DNA of 64,000 nucleotides, taken from Octopus vulgaris. Taxonomy: Eukaryota. The notes under the pieces are model-generated. The model made no database searches. It was not told the DNA's origin and saw nothing but the letters and a program-made list of their open reading frames with translations. The stretch is taken from positions 51,398,001-51,462,000 of the forward strand of contig OX597826.1 of the NCBI GenBank assembly GCA_951406725.2, written 5' to 3'. Both the position numbers and the translations under genes were made by a program. This document shows, piece by piece, positions 46,236-60,496 of the stretch (positions are counted from its first letter, which is position 1; every line of letters starts with the position of its first letter).

Positions 46236-47280
46236 TTAAACAATAAATGGAATAAGAAATGAGGAAAGCTTCTAACAATGAAGGGGGTAAAAAAAAACGT
46301 CATATTTTGGGCACAAACGGCCTATCTTCAGAAGTCAAAGTAATGTGAGCCTACTTAGATCCTGCCATTCTGGTTGGCCGGATGGGCTGTGCCGTACCCC
46401 GTTTTAGTCTGTGTTAGTAGCAACAGCTCTCCAAATGATAATGCCATGCTGTAGAAGTTACACAGGGGATCGTGGTGGAAGACTGGCTGCAGATAGGCAG
46501 CAGTAGTGTGGTGAACGCCGTAGCTGTATTCGGTGGTCGTAATAATGGTAAATTCCGTGGAAGTAGACTTCGATGCTGTTGTGTAAATCGGTATAGATGA
46601 CAGTGGTGGTAATTTTAGTGATAGTCGATCATGGTGTTGTTGATATATTACCTCGTAGTAGTCGCTGGTTATGGTTGCAGCAATGGAGGGAGCGGTTGGT
46701 ATTACATTCACAGGTGCCACCGGCCCCACTCCGATCTACTATTGGTTTTCGGATTAAGTCGGCGGACCATTAAAGTTATCTTGATACGGAGATTACCTGT
46801 ATTCTTCTACGAGGCTAGTATGGAAGTGTTTATCTCTTTGGTGGTGGTTATTCCACCAACACCACCATCGACTACAACGATACTTACCACCATTATCAAA
46901 ACTATGCTGATATCGATTACCACCACCAATAACTACGACGACGGTGTTCTCTATCATCCACAACCGCATTTCCCACCACTGCTACCAACTTACAATCAGT
47001 CTTCCACCACTTTCTCCTGTATGATCTCTACGGCTCGGCACCAGCAACACCAACATTTGGAGAACTGCTGCTACTAGTACAAGCACTGACTAAAACGGAG
47101 CCACTACTCATCTGGCTATCGAAAATGGCAGGATCTAAGAGAAAACACATTTCTTTGATAGTATCCTTCTGGAGATGGGTCTTTGAGCTCGAAATATTAA
47201 AGTTTTTAAAACTTTCTGCATTGTTAGAAGCTTTCCCCATTTCTCATTTCATTTATTCTGCGCTTGGCTTATTGTTTAGT
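46236..47280. repeat. Ancient diverged long inverted repeat
   Basis: Colinear reverse-complement blocks GGAAAGCTTCTAACAATG, CTTAGATCCTGCCATT, CCGTTTTAGTC, CTCCAAATG and GTGGTGGAAGACTG occur in 46236-46660 and inverted in 46830-47280. Confidence 0.75.
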
Positions 47281-50200
47281 GTGTTTAGTTTACGGTCACC
47301 ACGTCATAGTTTCAAGTTTTGTACCAGGCGGTACCATCATCCTGATTCACACCACTCAGCTGTTTTGCAGGGTCAAGCGCGAGGAGTTCGAAAATATTTC
47401 CTATGTTCACATTGGCACCTAAAACAATTATCGAAAGCATAGGGCATGTCACAAAAGCATAATCGCTCGCGAGTGGTGGTTAACAGTACTGAAATTAATT
47501 GATTTCCATAAAATGCTTAAATTTACCCAACGAAAATACAGATGCAGGCATAAATGCATTCACACACACACACACCCACAAACACACACACACACACGCG
47601 CATAAGCATGTATTTCATTCATCGAGGTTTAATCTCATCTGAAATTATTCTATTTTACACTTATGTTATCTAACCGGAAATGACATCATAGTTTTCCTAA
47701 GTTCTTTCATCCCTATTTCTTAAATAATAAAAATTACCACACATTAAAAACTACAAAATAATGTAAAATTTATTTATATTGTGGGAACTAACAAATTTGA
47801 ATCGATGATGACTCATTGTCAGCAATCCGGTGACGTCAAATGTTTCGATTTTTATAGCTTTGTTGTGTTATAATATCATGTACATTTGATATTTTATAGT
47901 AAAAGCTAAGGGAAATGTTCCGCTTTAAAATCATCTGAAACAGACTCACTTTGGAACCTCTTAAGTAATCTTAGAATAATGCTGAATTCCTAAAATGCAT
48001 AACAACATTTAATGTGTTTCTCTCTGAGTTGCCTTGGACACGGTTTATGATCAAATCACTCGCAAAACAAGTACAGTTCCGAAATCTGTAATCTTACCTT
48101 TTAAGTAAAATATTTATAAGGTATTGCGTTGTATTTTAATTGTCAATTCTTAATGCAGTTGTTATGTAAGTGTAGCTGTTTTTCTTCCCCAGTTTTCAGT
48201 GTTTGAGGAAATTGACTTGCTCACTAAAAACAAACCAAAGTGATCTGTAAAAGACAGATGCCACCTATAAGGAAATTAGTATGGCAAATCAAATGCAATA
48301 ACAATAAAATGAAATCGCATGCTCACAATTGCAATTGGGAAATTTAGGAATTTTAGCCTATTATTCCTGAAGATAATATAAACCATTCTTCTGACTCTGT
48401 AACCCCATAATATTATTGCTCTAAAGAATTTTCTTTGAATAGAGTAGTCCATTCTCAAGTATGGATTCACCATTTACCGTACGATACTCACCCTCAAACT
48501 AAAATGTAATCGAAGGGAAACTGGTGGAGTAATTCCTTGTTAATTGTATTCCCTACGTAGTCGCAGCATACACTATTTTCCGATATACAAATCGACGTAG
48601 TAGACAGCGTAAAGATTCAAACACCGTTGCTATCTTTTCAAATCCTATTGCATTTCACATTGAATTTTTGGCACTTATCTTAGTGGAAAAGTCGCTCTAT
48701 CATATTTTCATATACATTTTAGTTATATTTAGACTGAAAAATTCGACTTATATGCCGGAAAATACTTATATTCTAAAACAACAACTATACAGTATCTAGA
48801 AGAAAGAACATATTAAATAAGTCAATCTAGGGGCATGCGAAAACGTATGGCTTGGTCAGGGTGTTGCACTCACCATTTCTAGAGCGTGGGTTCGATCTAG
48901 CGTGTTCTCGAACAAAGCACTTCGTTTCACGCTGTTCTGCGGGTCGAGATTGGCAGGATCGTCGGTGCATCAGCAGAGGTTGTAAACGGTGTATCTTCTA
49001 GGAATCTACTTAACAGAAGCAGTGGTGGAGAGAGAACTACGGGCCCTCTCAGGTCGTATAGAGAATACTGGAGAAGGTGCACATGCACTGAACCTGCTCG
49101 AGGACAGACAAGCCAGACAGAAGGGTCACAAGTGGAATGCTTTTTCGCAGAGGTGTGTTCCATCAGGGTTGATCTGTTGTAAACAGTTAGAACAATAGTA
49201 AGTTGGCGCGAGAATATAGAAATGTAAAAATCATAGAGTGTGATTATATATTATGGATCAAAATCACTCTAAGAACATATTTTGAGGAAACGTAATTACA
49301 GCAACTGTTACAAGATCATGCGTTTCGTAGATGCAGTTCTTCTGCTAATGTTCTTCACTTCAGACTGAAATAAAAGAATATTCACTTTCTATCTAAACCA
49401 TTTAGGTCGACTTAGAATTATGCAATTCTGGTACCTTTATTTGCTGAATTTATTCTATTTTACTGAAAAAATATTTTAAATGGCTACTAAAAATGTATAA
49501 TTCGATGGTATATATACTATCGATTATTAAAAACTGTGATAAATAATATTGAGCTAAAATGCCACCGAGGTTAGCACAGCATTTCTTTCTGGAATAAAGT
49601 ACGAGTCAAATACTTAGCAACTGACTCCACCCATTTACCCCTCGACCCGACTCAGATGCGCTGTTAGAAGAATCATGAGAGACAACTAACACTATATCTT
49701 TCTCCAAAAACGAGAAAAGTTGGGTGAGTGAGCAGCGGCCTGATCTAAAAAAAAATAATACAGAGTAAATAAACTTATATATTACTGCTCAAGGACAGGT
49801 TACTTTAAACTACACCACAGGACGGTAATAATTGTTTTCAATTGAGGCAAAAGGACGGTACTTTGTCTTAAGATGATGCTGGTAAACTTTGAACTGTAGT
49901 AATAAAGAATCGGGAGAAATACCGAAAAGTTCTAACGATTCTGCCAGTTCGAACAGAATAAATAAAGACAAATATATGACATATTTTGAAGAATATTTTA
50001 ATTGATCTTCAGATTAACTCAAGTACAGAATATTTACTTTCAGTTGAAAAACCAGGCACCCTACATGGTTGATATACCACTCCAAGCAGACCCGCCTCAC
50101 TTAAAAAGGGAAGGAGACATGAAGTAGTGAAGTTCTAGATATCCCCGGCTGATCATGTTGTAAATGTCATTGATAATAGGTCTGGTCGAAAAGAGTTGAT

Positions 50201-50369
50201 CTGAATTTAGACAAGACCATTAGAAAAGACAGAGCTATTATGAAACCAAGCATATTGTCAAAGATATTCACTCCCATACACACATACACACACATACACG
50301 CACACACACAATAAAATGTACATCCACAAAATTCATTTTATAGTTATATACAGCATACTATAATGATAA

Positions 50370-50588
50370 GGCGGCGAGCTGGCAGAAACGTTAGCACGCC
50401 GGGCGAAATGCGTAGCCGTATTTCGTCTGCCTTTACGTTCTGAGTTCAAATTCCGCCGAGGTCTACTTTGCCTTTCATCCTTTCGGGGTCGATTAAATAA
50501 GTACCAGTTACGATATAATCGACTTAATCCCTTTGTCTGTCCTTGTTTGTCTCCTCTGTGTTTAGCCCCTTGTGGGTAGTAAAGAAAT
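50370..50588 (+). mobile_element. tRNA-derived SINE family A (GGCGGCGAGCTGGCAGAA...GAGTTCAAATTCC...CCTTTCATCCTTTCGGGGTCGAT)
   Basis: Pol III A/B-box-like head plus conserved core. Other copies at ~3015-3230(+), 4575-4770(+), 5628-5775(+), 5789-6018(-), 8443-8650(+), 35745-35907(-) and 45845-46000(-). Confidence 0.85.
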
Positions 50589-50591
50589 GTG

Positions 50592-50632
<41 letters not shown>

Positions 50633-53600
50633 CTACATATATATATGTATAAAGAGGGTGGGTAAGGAACTTGTTTACCAACTACATTGTTCTGTGTTGT
50701 GTCCCGCTTCATGGGTAGATGTCTTTTACTACCAACCATAACTTTGTAAGCGAATTTGGTAGACGGAAACTGAAAGAAGGCCGTCGAATATATATATATA
50801 TATGTACACACGCACACACTCACACACAGATACATACGCACATATGTATATATATAAAGCTTTATTAAGCTATAATAAGCTATAAACAGCTTCTAAGATA
50901 TCAATACGATACGTATTGGCGATTAATTATTCTTAATGATGTATAAAATATAGCAGATAAGATCATCTTCATGTAGTCTAGAATTACATTTCATTTCTGA
51001 CAGCTGTTTTCACCATATAAAAAAATAAAAACTCCTCAGATTCACCAGATAAATATTCCAAATAAATGGTCTATAATTATAACTGTTAATAGAATCTTAC
51101 TACTCATCACTCTATACTTCTAGAATTTATCGCATGCAATTCTTACATTACTTCGTACCAAATCTCTCTGTCTCTCTACCTATCTTTCTGTTTATTTACC
51201 TATCTATCTTAATATGTATAAATATATGTATATATATATACACTCGCGCGTGTGTGCACCCCCGCATATACATATCTCTCACTCTATATATATATACTCT
51301 GTATGCTTATAATTATGTATGTCTTAGTATGTATATGTGTAGGTATAGATGTTCGACTTTGAGTATATTCATAATTTAATGCATATATGATCTCTTTTTA
51401 TATGACTTCCCAACAGTACTCAACTCTGTTATTATCCTCATCAAGGCCGATAACCTCATAAACCAGTGAACAATTCTTTTTAAGAGGCTTAAGTAAATTC
51501 TCTCGATTGGTTACTCACATATTTATATTTTAGTCGCGTTGGATATGAAAATCGTGGTTCTTTTCTGTAATGTATTTGTGACGTAAGCACGACAGAAACT
51601 GTTTTATTAGGAAGATCAAACCCTGCTCGTGGACTGCTGTATTTAAGGAGGTACCCCTTAATGCTTGTCAGTAGGTTACCTCATATCATTATTTAATTAA
51701 GTCAATTTTACCGGGGCTGACATTACTTCATATCAAATCCAAGTTTACTTGCCCGTGATAGAGTTATTGAGAAGAGGAATTCTCATTCGAACCTGAGCCC
51801 CTGTGAGCTGGACACTCAACGCAATACGTCCTGTTAAAAATATACTTCTTTATAACCGTGACTTACCTGGTTTTTGCACTGCTCAAAAGTGTGGGGATTT
51901 GTCATTCTTAAAAACGAAACAGCGCCAATAGGCTTCTTTGTTGCATAGTACCTAATTGATTTAATTTAAATTAATCAATTTAATAACCAACCCTCGTAAA
52001 ATATAAATTGAAAAGATTGAGGTCATAAGAGTAACTAGTGTAAGCCTTATGCCCGGTGTAGCTATTTTCTACGTTATTCCGATAGAAAGAAATTATAGCC
52101 AACCATCTCCCAAATCCCAACCTACATTCTTAAAAAAGAATACGCTGAATAATATAGTCTCGTGTTCTCAGCGCGTGGACGGATTATAGCTGGTATGCTG
52201 TAGATCACAAATCTACTCGATCAGAACTGACCTGCGGTTAAATAATGCAGTTGTAAGTAATTATTTAATTGACCAATTTGAAGGATGAAAAAGGGATTCC
52301 AAATTGCCTCAGAAAGAACTTAATTCAGAAGTCAAATGGATGCAACTCGCTTGCACACGGAATTAGGTCCGATTCTTAGCTCATTCTGTCATCTACGTCT
52401 TATATTTAATAAGAAACTGTAATGTTAAATTTCAATATTTTAATAAGATATTGTAATGTTAAATTATCTGTACGAAGATGAAGGGCGAGTCCCATTCGAG
52501 TCGATTTAAACATGTTTTTTTATTGCTTCGCTGTTTTAATCTTCAGAATCTTATTAAATGAATCGTTCATCTGTGTTGAATTAGGATTCCTCATGTAAAC
52601 TTGAACAGCTCCCAAACAAGTTTAGGTCTGCATTAATCCTGCTCTGCAGTTACACACAATGTTCCATAGCTCATGTTTTAAGCATGGCATAATATTATCC
52701 TATTTTAGTTGAGAACACTGACATTGTATACCCGATATACACACGTTAGCGCCGAACTAAATGCTTTACACGAATTACTTTTTGTATTTATGTATAAAAA
52801 ACAAATAGTTCTTGGAATTATTGTGTCTTGTATGCTTCGACTACGTTTCTGTGATATAGGGAGAAATTATTGCGATTGTATTAAAAATGAAGAACTTCTG
52901 CAATGGGGCAATCATAAAACGAATATTGGAAGATAAGAAGATAAAGTAGGGGTATCGAAAAGAAAAACGAAACAAAAGGAAAGAGAGATAGGAAGACAGT
53001 GAGGGGTGAAGGTAAAAAAGAAGGCTTAATGAAGCTGAGATAAACTAGTCACGAAAACCTTTCGTTGCTTCAAGATAACAATTCTGCGAATTATGAAATA
53101 GAAACGACTAGTAGCATATAGATGACGTGACCATATGTTTATGTCATTTAGCAATAATAGAAGTTTGTCCGTTCTTAATATTCTGAAATATTGTTAGAAG
53201 TACTGGAGAAATATCCTTGTATATAGAGTCTAATTCCGCAGGCGTAAGTCTCTGTGATATAGAACACTGGGAACTGGCCACGGTCATATTGGCAATAAAT
53301 AGCATTTGGCAAATAATATATTCTTATTGTGGTCAGTTGGCAGAAAGATCCAGTCACGCATTGCTGAGTTCATGTTTTACTCCGTGGCCTACGGAAGGAA
53401 ACTTCCTCTTTCATTATCACCTTGATCGGATTGATGACATAAATGGGAATAATGAATAAAGATTGATTCAGTTGTGTCTGCCATCTCCCAGAATAAATCT
53501 GGTTGTGTGTCTAGTCGAAAGAAATTATTACCTTTTAATTATTTTATTTGTTTGTAATTAGTGTCTGTACTAATTAGTATCAGATAAAAAAAAAAACACT

Positions 53601-54747
53601 AATTGCAGAAGTGTTCACCTTGGAATGTTCCCAAGAGGAAAGGTGAATTAGTATTTATTCCTATAGGTCTTCAATAAAAAATATTTCAAGAAGAAAAATC
53701 AACCAAATGTTAATCGAAACCGCTGGTAACAAATGTCTGCTACCGATGTCATTAGTTCCAAGCAAAGAAAGATTAAGTTACGTTTGGTGAGATTTATGCT
53801 CACAACGTAAAACTACACAAATAAATTGTGTAAAATACAACCTGGTACGTTAAGCTTCTACTGTTTGAATCCAAAACCTAAAAGAATGTAACTAAGTACA
53901 AAGAATATATACGATACCCTTTTACATCAACATCACTAGAAAAAAAGAAAAAAGGAAACGAAGATAATGGTGGATACTTTTTCCCGAGCTTACATAGATT
54001 TCTAATTTACGCCTGAGGTCGTATATATTTTAGGGAACTGTGCTATGTATTCCGTGAAGGTTTTAATGGCCTAAGGGTATTGGCAAAGCTGATGATGTCA
54101 GTTGGCCCCGAGGGAAGTAGCGAATTGAATTCAGGCTGCAAAGGAATATAAACTAAATACAACGAAGTACTAGATGTGACTCTCTACCAGTTATGCAACC
54201 CACTGTCTAAGTAATTGTTATCATACCAGAATACTGTAATATAATTTACGTGTTTGAAGATCTAAAATGAATCCATCTCCTAGCAAGTCATTCGACCTGA
54301 TTCAAACAGAAGCCAAACTATATCATTCTGTATTTACAAAAGGGAGGAAATACTGAATATTTCCTCCGAATCTATGTTGAACTTGTGGATTTCAATACTG
54401 TAAATTGTAATAATACGAAATTAAATATGTCTGGCCTTCCATTTAGTAGGAATTTTGACTGCTTCAAATCAGGGATTTTGAAAATAAACAATTATACAAT
54501 AACTTCCTGAAAAATCTAATAATGTTGTATTTATATATATATATATGTGTGTGTGTGTGTGCTACTGTCTGTATCGATTAATCACAATATCTATATATTG
54601 ATCAATCAAAATAATGAAATTACAAACGTCTCTGTCTTCTAATAATTCATATAACTAGAACTCATTCGGATTTCGGATTTAACTCATCTCTGCTTATATG
54701 TCTGTTTATTTTGTCTGTCTTCTCTCGCTGTCTACCTATATTTTTAT

Positions 54748-54798
<51 letters not shown>

Positions 54799-55061
54799 TT
54801 TACGAACATCATGAAAGTCACCGCTGTATTCCACTTCCATAGAATACAACGCACATTGAAGATCATTGCAGTGAAATAACAGTTGCACGGAAATAAAATC
54901 CGTCCCTCCCCCAGTTAATCAGTTCCCTACCCCAAAACTTCGGGCCTTGTGCCTATAATAGAAAGGATTATTTCTGTAAAAAGCCAAAACTTTTTGTATT
55001 AAGGCACCGGAAGTTTTACATTGAAACAGTCTCGTACTAAGACGCATCATAGCTGATCGAT

Positions 55062-55327
55062 GTAAAAAATAAATAAATGCGCCCTTTTTAAAGCCTAGTC
55101 AGGCTCATGGGCCCGGTTTCCCAGTTTCAATGGCGTATGTGTTCCCCAGCTGAACGGGACACCAGTCCATCGCAGCGTTACTCATTTTTGTCAGCTGAGT
55201 GGACTGGAGCAACGTGAAATGAAGTGTTTTGCTCAAGAACACAACGCGTCGCCCGGTCCAGGAATCGAAACCATAATCTTATGATCATGATGCTGACAAC
55301 CTAACTACTAAGCTACGCGCCTCCACA
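55062..55327 (-). mobile_element. tRNA-derived SINE family C
   Basis: Minus-strand head GTGGAGGCGCGTAGCTTAGTAGTTAGG...GGTTTCGATTCC, core TGTGTTCTTGAGCAAAACAC and TTTA-rich tail. A degenerate relative lies at ~48830-49160(+). Confidence 0.75.
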
Positions 55328-55949
55328 CCTGTTCAATGTAATGATCCCAAAATAACTGTTTCTTTTTATCTAAACGACAAACATCTAAGAAGCTATGTTT
55401 TAGTTATTGCCATTTGCCTCAAGTCGATCATAATCGACTAAGTGCCATCGTCGAAGATATTTTAATCGTTTTAGGTAAATCTTTTAATTTTTGCTTGTTT
55501 AATTCACTAGACAGGGGTCATGCTGGAGTGCTGCCTTGAATTTTTGGTCGAATGATTTGACTCCTGTACTTCTTTTTAAAGCTTGGTAGCAATTCTATCG
55601 ATCTCTTTTGCCCAGCCACTAGATTTCAGGAATGCAAACACAACATCACCGGTTGTCAAGTGGTAGTGGCGGGACAAATACAGAGAGGAAACACACACAC
55701 ACACACATTGATATACATAGATTATATATATATAAGCGGTGCTCCAGCATGGAGTCAAATGACTAAAACAAGTAAAAGAAAGAACACACAGACACACACA
55801 TACAAATCTACCGTAGGATTTATTATGTTTTTAAAGCCTAGTACATATTCTATCAGTGTCTTTTGCCGAACTGCTAGGCTACGCAGGCGTAAATACACCA
55901 GCGCCGGTTATCAAAGAGGTGATGTGCGGAGGAACAAATACAGACACAT

Positions 55950-55993
<44 letters not shown>

Positions 55994-56824
55994 GACAGGA
56001 ATCTTTCAATTTCCGTCTACCAAATTCACTCACAAGGCTTTGATTCGCCCGGGGCTATAGTAGAAAACACTTGCTCAATGTGCCATGTAGTGGGACAAAA
56101 CCCGGAACCATGTGATTGGAAAGCAAGCTTCTTACCACATAGCCACGCATGCGCTTGGAATTATATTACATATGTACGTTCATTATTTAAAACGGCGCGC
56201 TATACTTGGATGGAGTTTGTCTTCTATTTGTAGAAGGTCTGACAGCCACGTTGAGCCTTCTATGTTAGCACAAGAATCAGTATTACAGTAAAACGCTATA
56301 AAAGATTAAGATTCATTCTTCTTCAAAGAAAGACAAAGAACAAATCAAAAGAGGCTGGAAAAACGACAAGAACAGTATGGAAGCTGATTTCTAAAATAAG
56401 ATAACAAAATACAATAACGAAAATGTTTATGACAGGACCATGTTTGTAATTCTACTGCGTAAATAACGATCTTTCTGAAATAAGTCTCCAAGCGTATTGT
56501 TGAACCATATGCAGGTCTGAGCAGATAACATTATGCATTAAGATGATGTACTCGATATAAGATAGAAAGACAAAAATAACTTATGCATTTGTGATTTAAG
56601 GACTTAATTATGAATACAAATTTCAGTATAAGATAATAATAATTATTATAGTTCTTATAATAATGTTTCTATAATCCTCAAGTGCTCTGTGACGTTAGCT
56701 ATTGGTGTGTATTCATTCATACATACATACATACATACATACATACATACATACATACATACATACATACATACATACATACATACATACAAACATACAT
56801 ACATACATACATACATGCATGCAT

Positions 56825-56872
<48 letters not shown>

Positions 56873-56970
56873 GAAATACACTTACATACACAAACATGAA
56901 TGTGTGTGTGTATATATGTATATATATATATATATATGCATGTATGTATGTATGTATGTATGTATATATG

Positions 56971-57023
<53 letters not shown>

Positions 57024-57685
57024 TTATACATAAAATTAGAAACACGTCAAAATACTACGACCCTTTATCGTGTCTTCGTTGATTGTGTTATATATTTGAA
57101 TGTCTTCTCGACACTTCTCAGACCTGCCTGTATTCAGCCTGTTGGGATCACCTGAATGTAGATTACTTTAGATTACTACCTCTTTAACATATAAAATATA
57201 TACGGCGGTGTATATTTTCTCCACACATACTGCAGTTTAAATAAATATTATATTTTTTAAATGTTTAAATCTGAAGTAATTTACCTGCATATTGTATCAT
57301 TACACTAAATATCAACGCCGTCCCGTTTTCCTCACTCTTGTTAATGGTATGTCAAACACTTGAAGAGTTCCCTGTGAAAAGCCATGTCCGTAATAACACG
57401 CCTTACATAGGCCCACCAAGCTACAGTCCTTATCTATTATATGCAGTGATGGAGGTAACACATGGTCCATTATCTTCAAAACCTTTCTGAGCAGTTTCTT
57501 ACTTTGCAACAATTTCAACTACAATGTCACGGCGACAGAGTGTGGGCAAATAACATACCCTATCATGATAACTATTTTCTATATGTACAAGACTGTCATG
57601 ACTTCTTTAGTACCAAACTGCATGGTTACTGATTTCAAGTATCATATCAGCTGGTCCGACACATGATGTAATGCAATATAAATAT

Positions 57686-58314
57686 ATTCTTTTCTACTCT
57701 AGGCACAAGGTCCGAAATTTGGGGGGAGGAGCCAGTCAATTAGATCGATCCCAGTACGTAACTGGTACTTAATTTATCGACTCCGAAAGGATGAAAGGTA
57801 AAGTCGACCTCGGTGGAATTTGAACTCAGAACATAAAGACAGACGAAATGCCGCTAACCATTTCGCCCGGCGTACTAACGTTTCTGCCAGCTAACCGCCT
57901 TAGTAATACAAATATATTCTTTTCTATTCTAGGCACAAGGTCCGAAATTTTGGGGGAGGGGGCCAGTCAATTTGATCGTCTCCAGTACGCAACTGGTGCT
58001 AAATTTATCGACCCCGAAAGGATGAAAAGTAAAGTCGACCTCGGCAGATTTTGAACTCAGAACGTAAAGACAGACGAAATGCCTATTTCTTTACTACCCA
58101 CAAGGGGCTAAACACAGAGGGGACAAACAAGGACAGACAAACGGATTAAATCGATTACATCAACCCCAGTGCGTAACTGGTACTTAATTTATCGACCCCG
58201 AAAGGATGAAAGGCAAAGTCGACCTCGGCGGAATTTGAACTCAGAACGTAAAGGCAGGCGAAATACAGCTACGCATTCCGCCCGGCCTGCTAACGTTTCT
58301 GCCAGCTCGCCGCC
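57686..58314 (-). mobile_element. Cluster of three family-A SINE copies
   Basis: Three successive GAAAGGATGAAA..AAAGTCGACCTCGG cores. The flank G(C/T)AATA(T/C)AAATATATT is repeated at 57673, 57903 and 58318. Confidence 0.85.
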
Positions 58315-58807
58315 TTAGCAATACAAATATATTACATGATATATTAGTACATAAAAAAACTGATTCATATGCATTTGTCTGGTTCAACTAGACAACCTGA
58401 AGATTTTTTCGTCCTGATGTGAAACTGATGCAGTGAAATAAACGTTGACATCTTTATTGCCTAAACTCTTAGTTGTTTCTTTGATTAGACTGCGGCCATG
58501 CTGGGGCCCCGCTTTAAATAATTTTTATTCGAATGATTTCGACCCTAACACTTATTTTGTTAAGCGTGGTACTTATTCTATCGGTCTCTCTCAGCCGAAC
58601 CGCTAGGATACGAGAATGTAACCATACTAATACTGGTTGTCAAGCAGTGGTGGGGAGAAACACAAAGACATGCACACACACATACATACATTAAAGTACT
58701 GAGTAAAAGCAAACAGTTAGTCAAGGCAGGGCAAGGACATTTGATTCATTTAATTCAATCTTAGCTACATAACCAATGGCAAAAGTAGTACAAAATGGTA
58801 AAGATAG

Positions 58808-58910
58808 CCTCTGACAGCTGTTTCTTGGATATCCCAGATACTGGAGCATCGTATGGAGGGAAGAATCTACAAGTTGGGTATTCCGTCATCGACAAAATAT
58901 AGGTTAGAGG
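58808..58910 (-). ncRNA. Degenerate hammerhead-like relic
   Basis: Minus strand reads TCGATGA-C-GGAATACCCA...TGGGATATCC-AA-GAAAC-AGCT-GTC-AGAGG. Palindromic ACAGCTGT and GUC are intact, but the first core box and stem I register are altered. Confidence 0.35.
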
Positions 58911-58980
58911 AATGGAAAAATGCTCCTCATCAATGATATTAGTTGTGGTTCATTATGCGTTTTGAGCACTCAAAACGCAT

Positions 58981-59063
58981 ATGTTGTTACACATTGCTGG
59001 TCACAATGGTCTTTGCATCGTTTTAACCTTCGAATGATGCCACCCAGGTGACTAGCTGAGTAG

Positions 59064-59099
<36 letters not shown>

Positions 59100-59455
59100 A
59101 TCAATATAGGGTGGCAAAAAAAAATTATAGGCCATTCACCCACTAGAAATAACAGCCAAAAGCTTCAACCGCAAAATAACATCAATTCCGTAAACCAGGA
59201 GAAAATTAAAAAAAAATGGTGCATCGTATAAGAAATTTATATATATGCAAAGAGAGGGAGAGAGAGAAAGAGAGACAGACAGACAAACAGACAGACAGAT
59301 AGACAGACAGGCAAAGGATACGAGGAGTTATGCGTTTGAGTCATCCTGACCATAACTCCTCGTATCCTCTGCCTGTCTGTCTGTCTATCTGCTTGTCTGT
59401 TTGTCTGTCTGTCTCTCTTTCTCTCCCTCCCTCCCTCCCTCCCTCCCTTTGTATT

Positions 59456-59503
<48 letters not shown>

Positions 59504-59586
59504 GTACTCAGCTAGTCACCTGGGTGGCGTCATTCGAAGGCTAAAACGATGCAAACACCATTGTGACCAGCAATGTGTAACAACAT
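58981..59586. repeat. Nested inverted repeat (foldback)
   Basis: Outer arms 58981-59070 / 59497-59586, inner arms ~59238-59332 / 59351-59465, 18-bp spacer. Confidence 0.85.
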
Positions 59587-60195
59587 CTGATAGTCTGGTC
59601 AGTCACGTGGTAGACACATACACACACAAACACACACACACACACATACATGCACACACACACACAAGCACTATACATGTACTATTTTATTTTGTTCAAC
59701 AAAGGAGGCACCACCATACATTGAAGTAAGGAATTAGACGATTTTAAACGAGTGAAAAGGACGAGTATAAATCGTAGCTATGGAACTATCACTATTAACA
59801 GTTTTTATAGGAAACAGAAATTTTTGTATGTTCTCTGCACATTCTTCATTGGAACGAAGACGTAATGAAAACTTTCCACTGTTGAATAGCTTCATTTCAT
59901 CATTTAATTGTTAAACGTCAAAGCAAACAAAGCCATCACAATTATACAATTACATATTCAAAATCACATCGATTCAGTTTCAAGAATGGAAGCCAAATCA
60001 AAGAAAAGGAAAAAAAAAAAAAGATAAAGAAGTGAAACAGGAGAAAGAAATTAAAGAAATGAAGGAAATTATATTTGAAGGCGTAATGTGTAGTTCCTCT
60101 TTCACAATAACGGAGGATTTGTATGCATTGACTATGGATGTGTGCGTTTGTGTATCAACGCAGAGGATGATTCTGCTTGACATGGTGAGTCTGTG

Positions 60196-60228
<33 letters not shown>

Positions 60229-60229
60229 T

Positions 60230-60288
<59 letters not shown>

Positions 60289-60424
60289 ATGACGTCTATG
60301 TCTATATGTTCAAGATGGAGGGAAAAGAAAAATATAATTTTAATACTGCGCATCGTAAAACTGATAGTGTGGAGAAGTGTGTATTTTGCGTATGCATGCA
60401 TGTATGTATATGTGTATCAATGCA

Positions 60425-60496
<72 letters not shown>

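Noticed and set aside
46355-47442. Thr/Val-rich ORFs of 105-148 aa as host exons
   Set aside because: They lie within the diverged inverted repeat and are low-complexity, with no domain or splice support.
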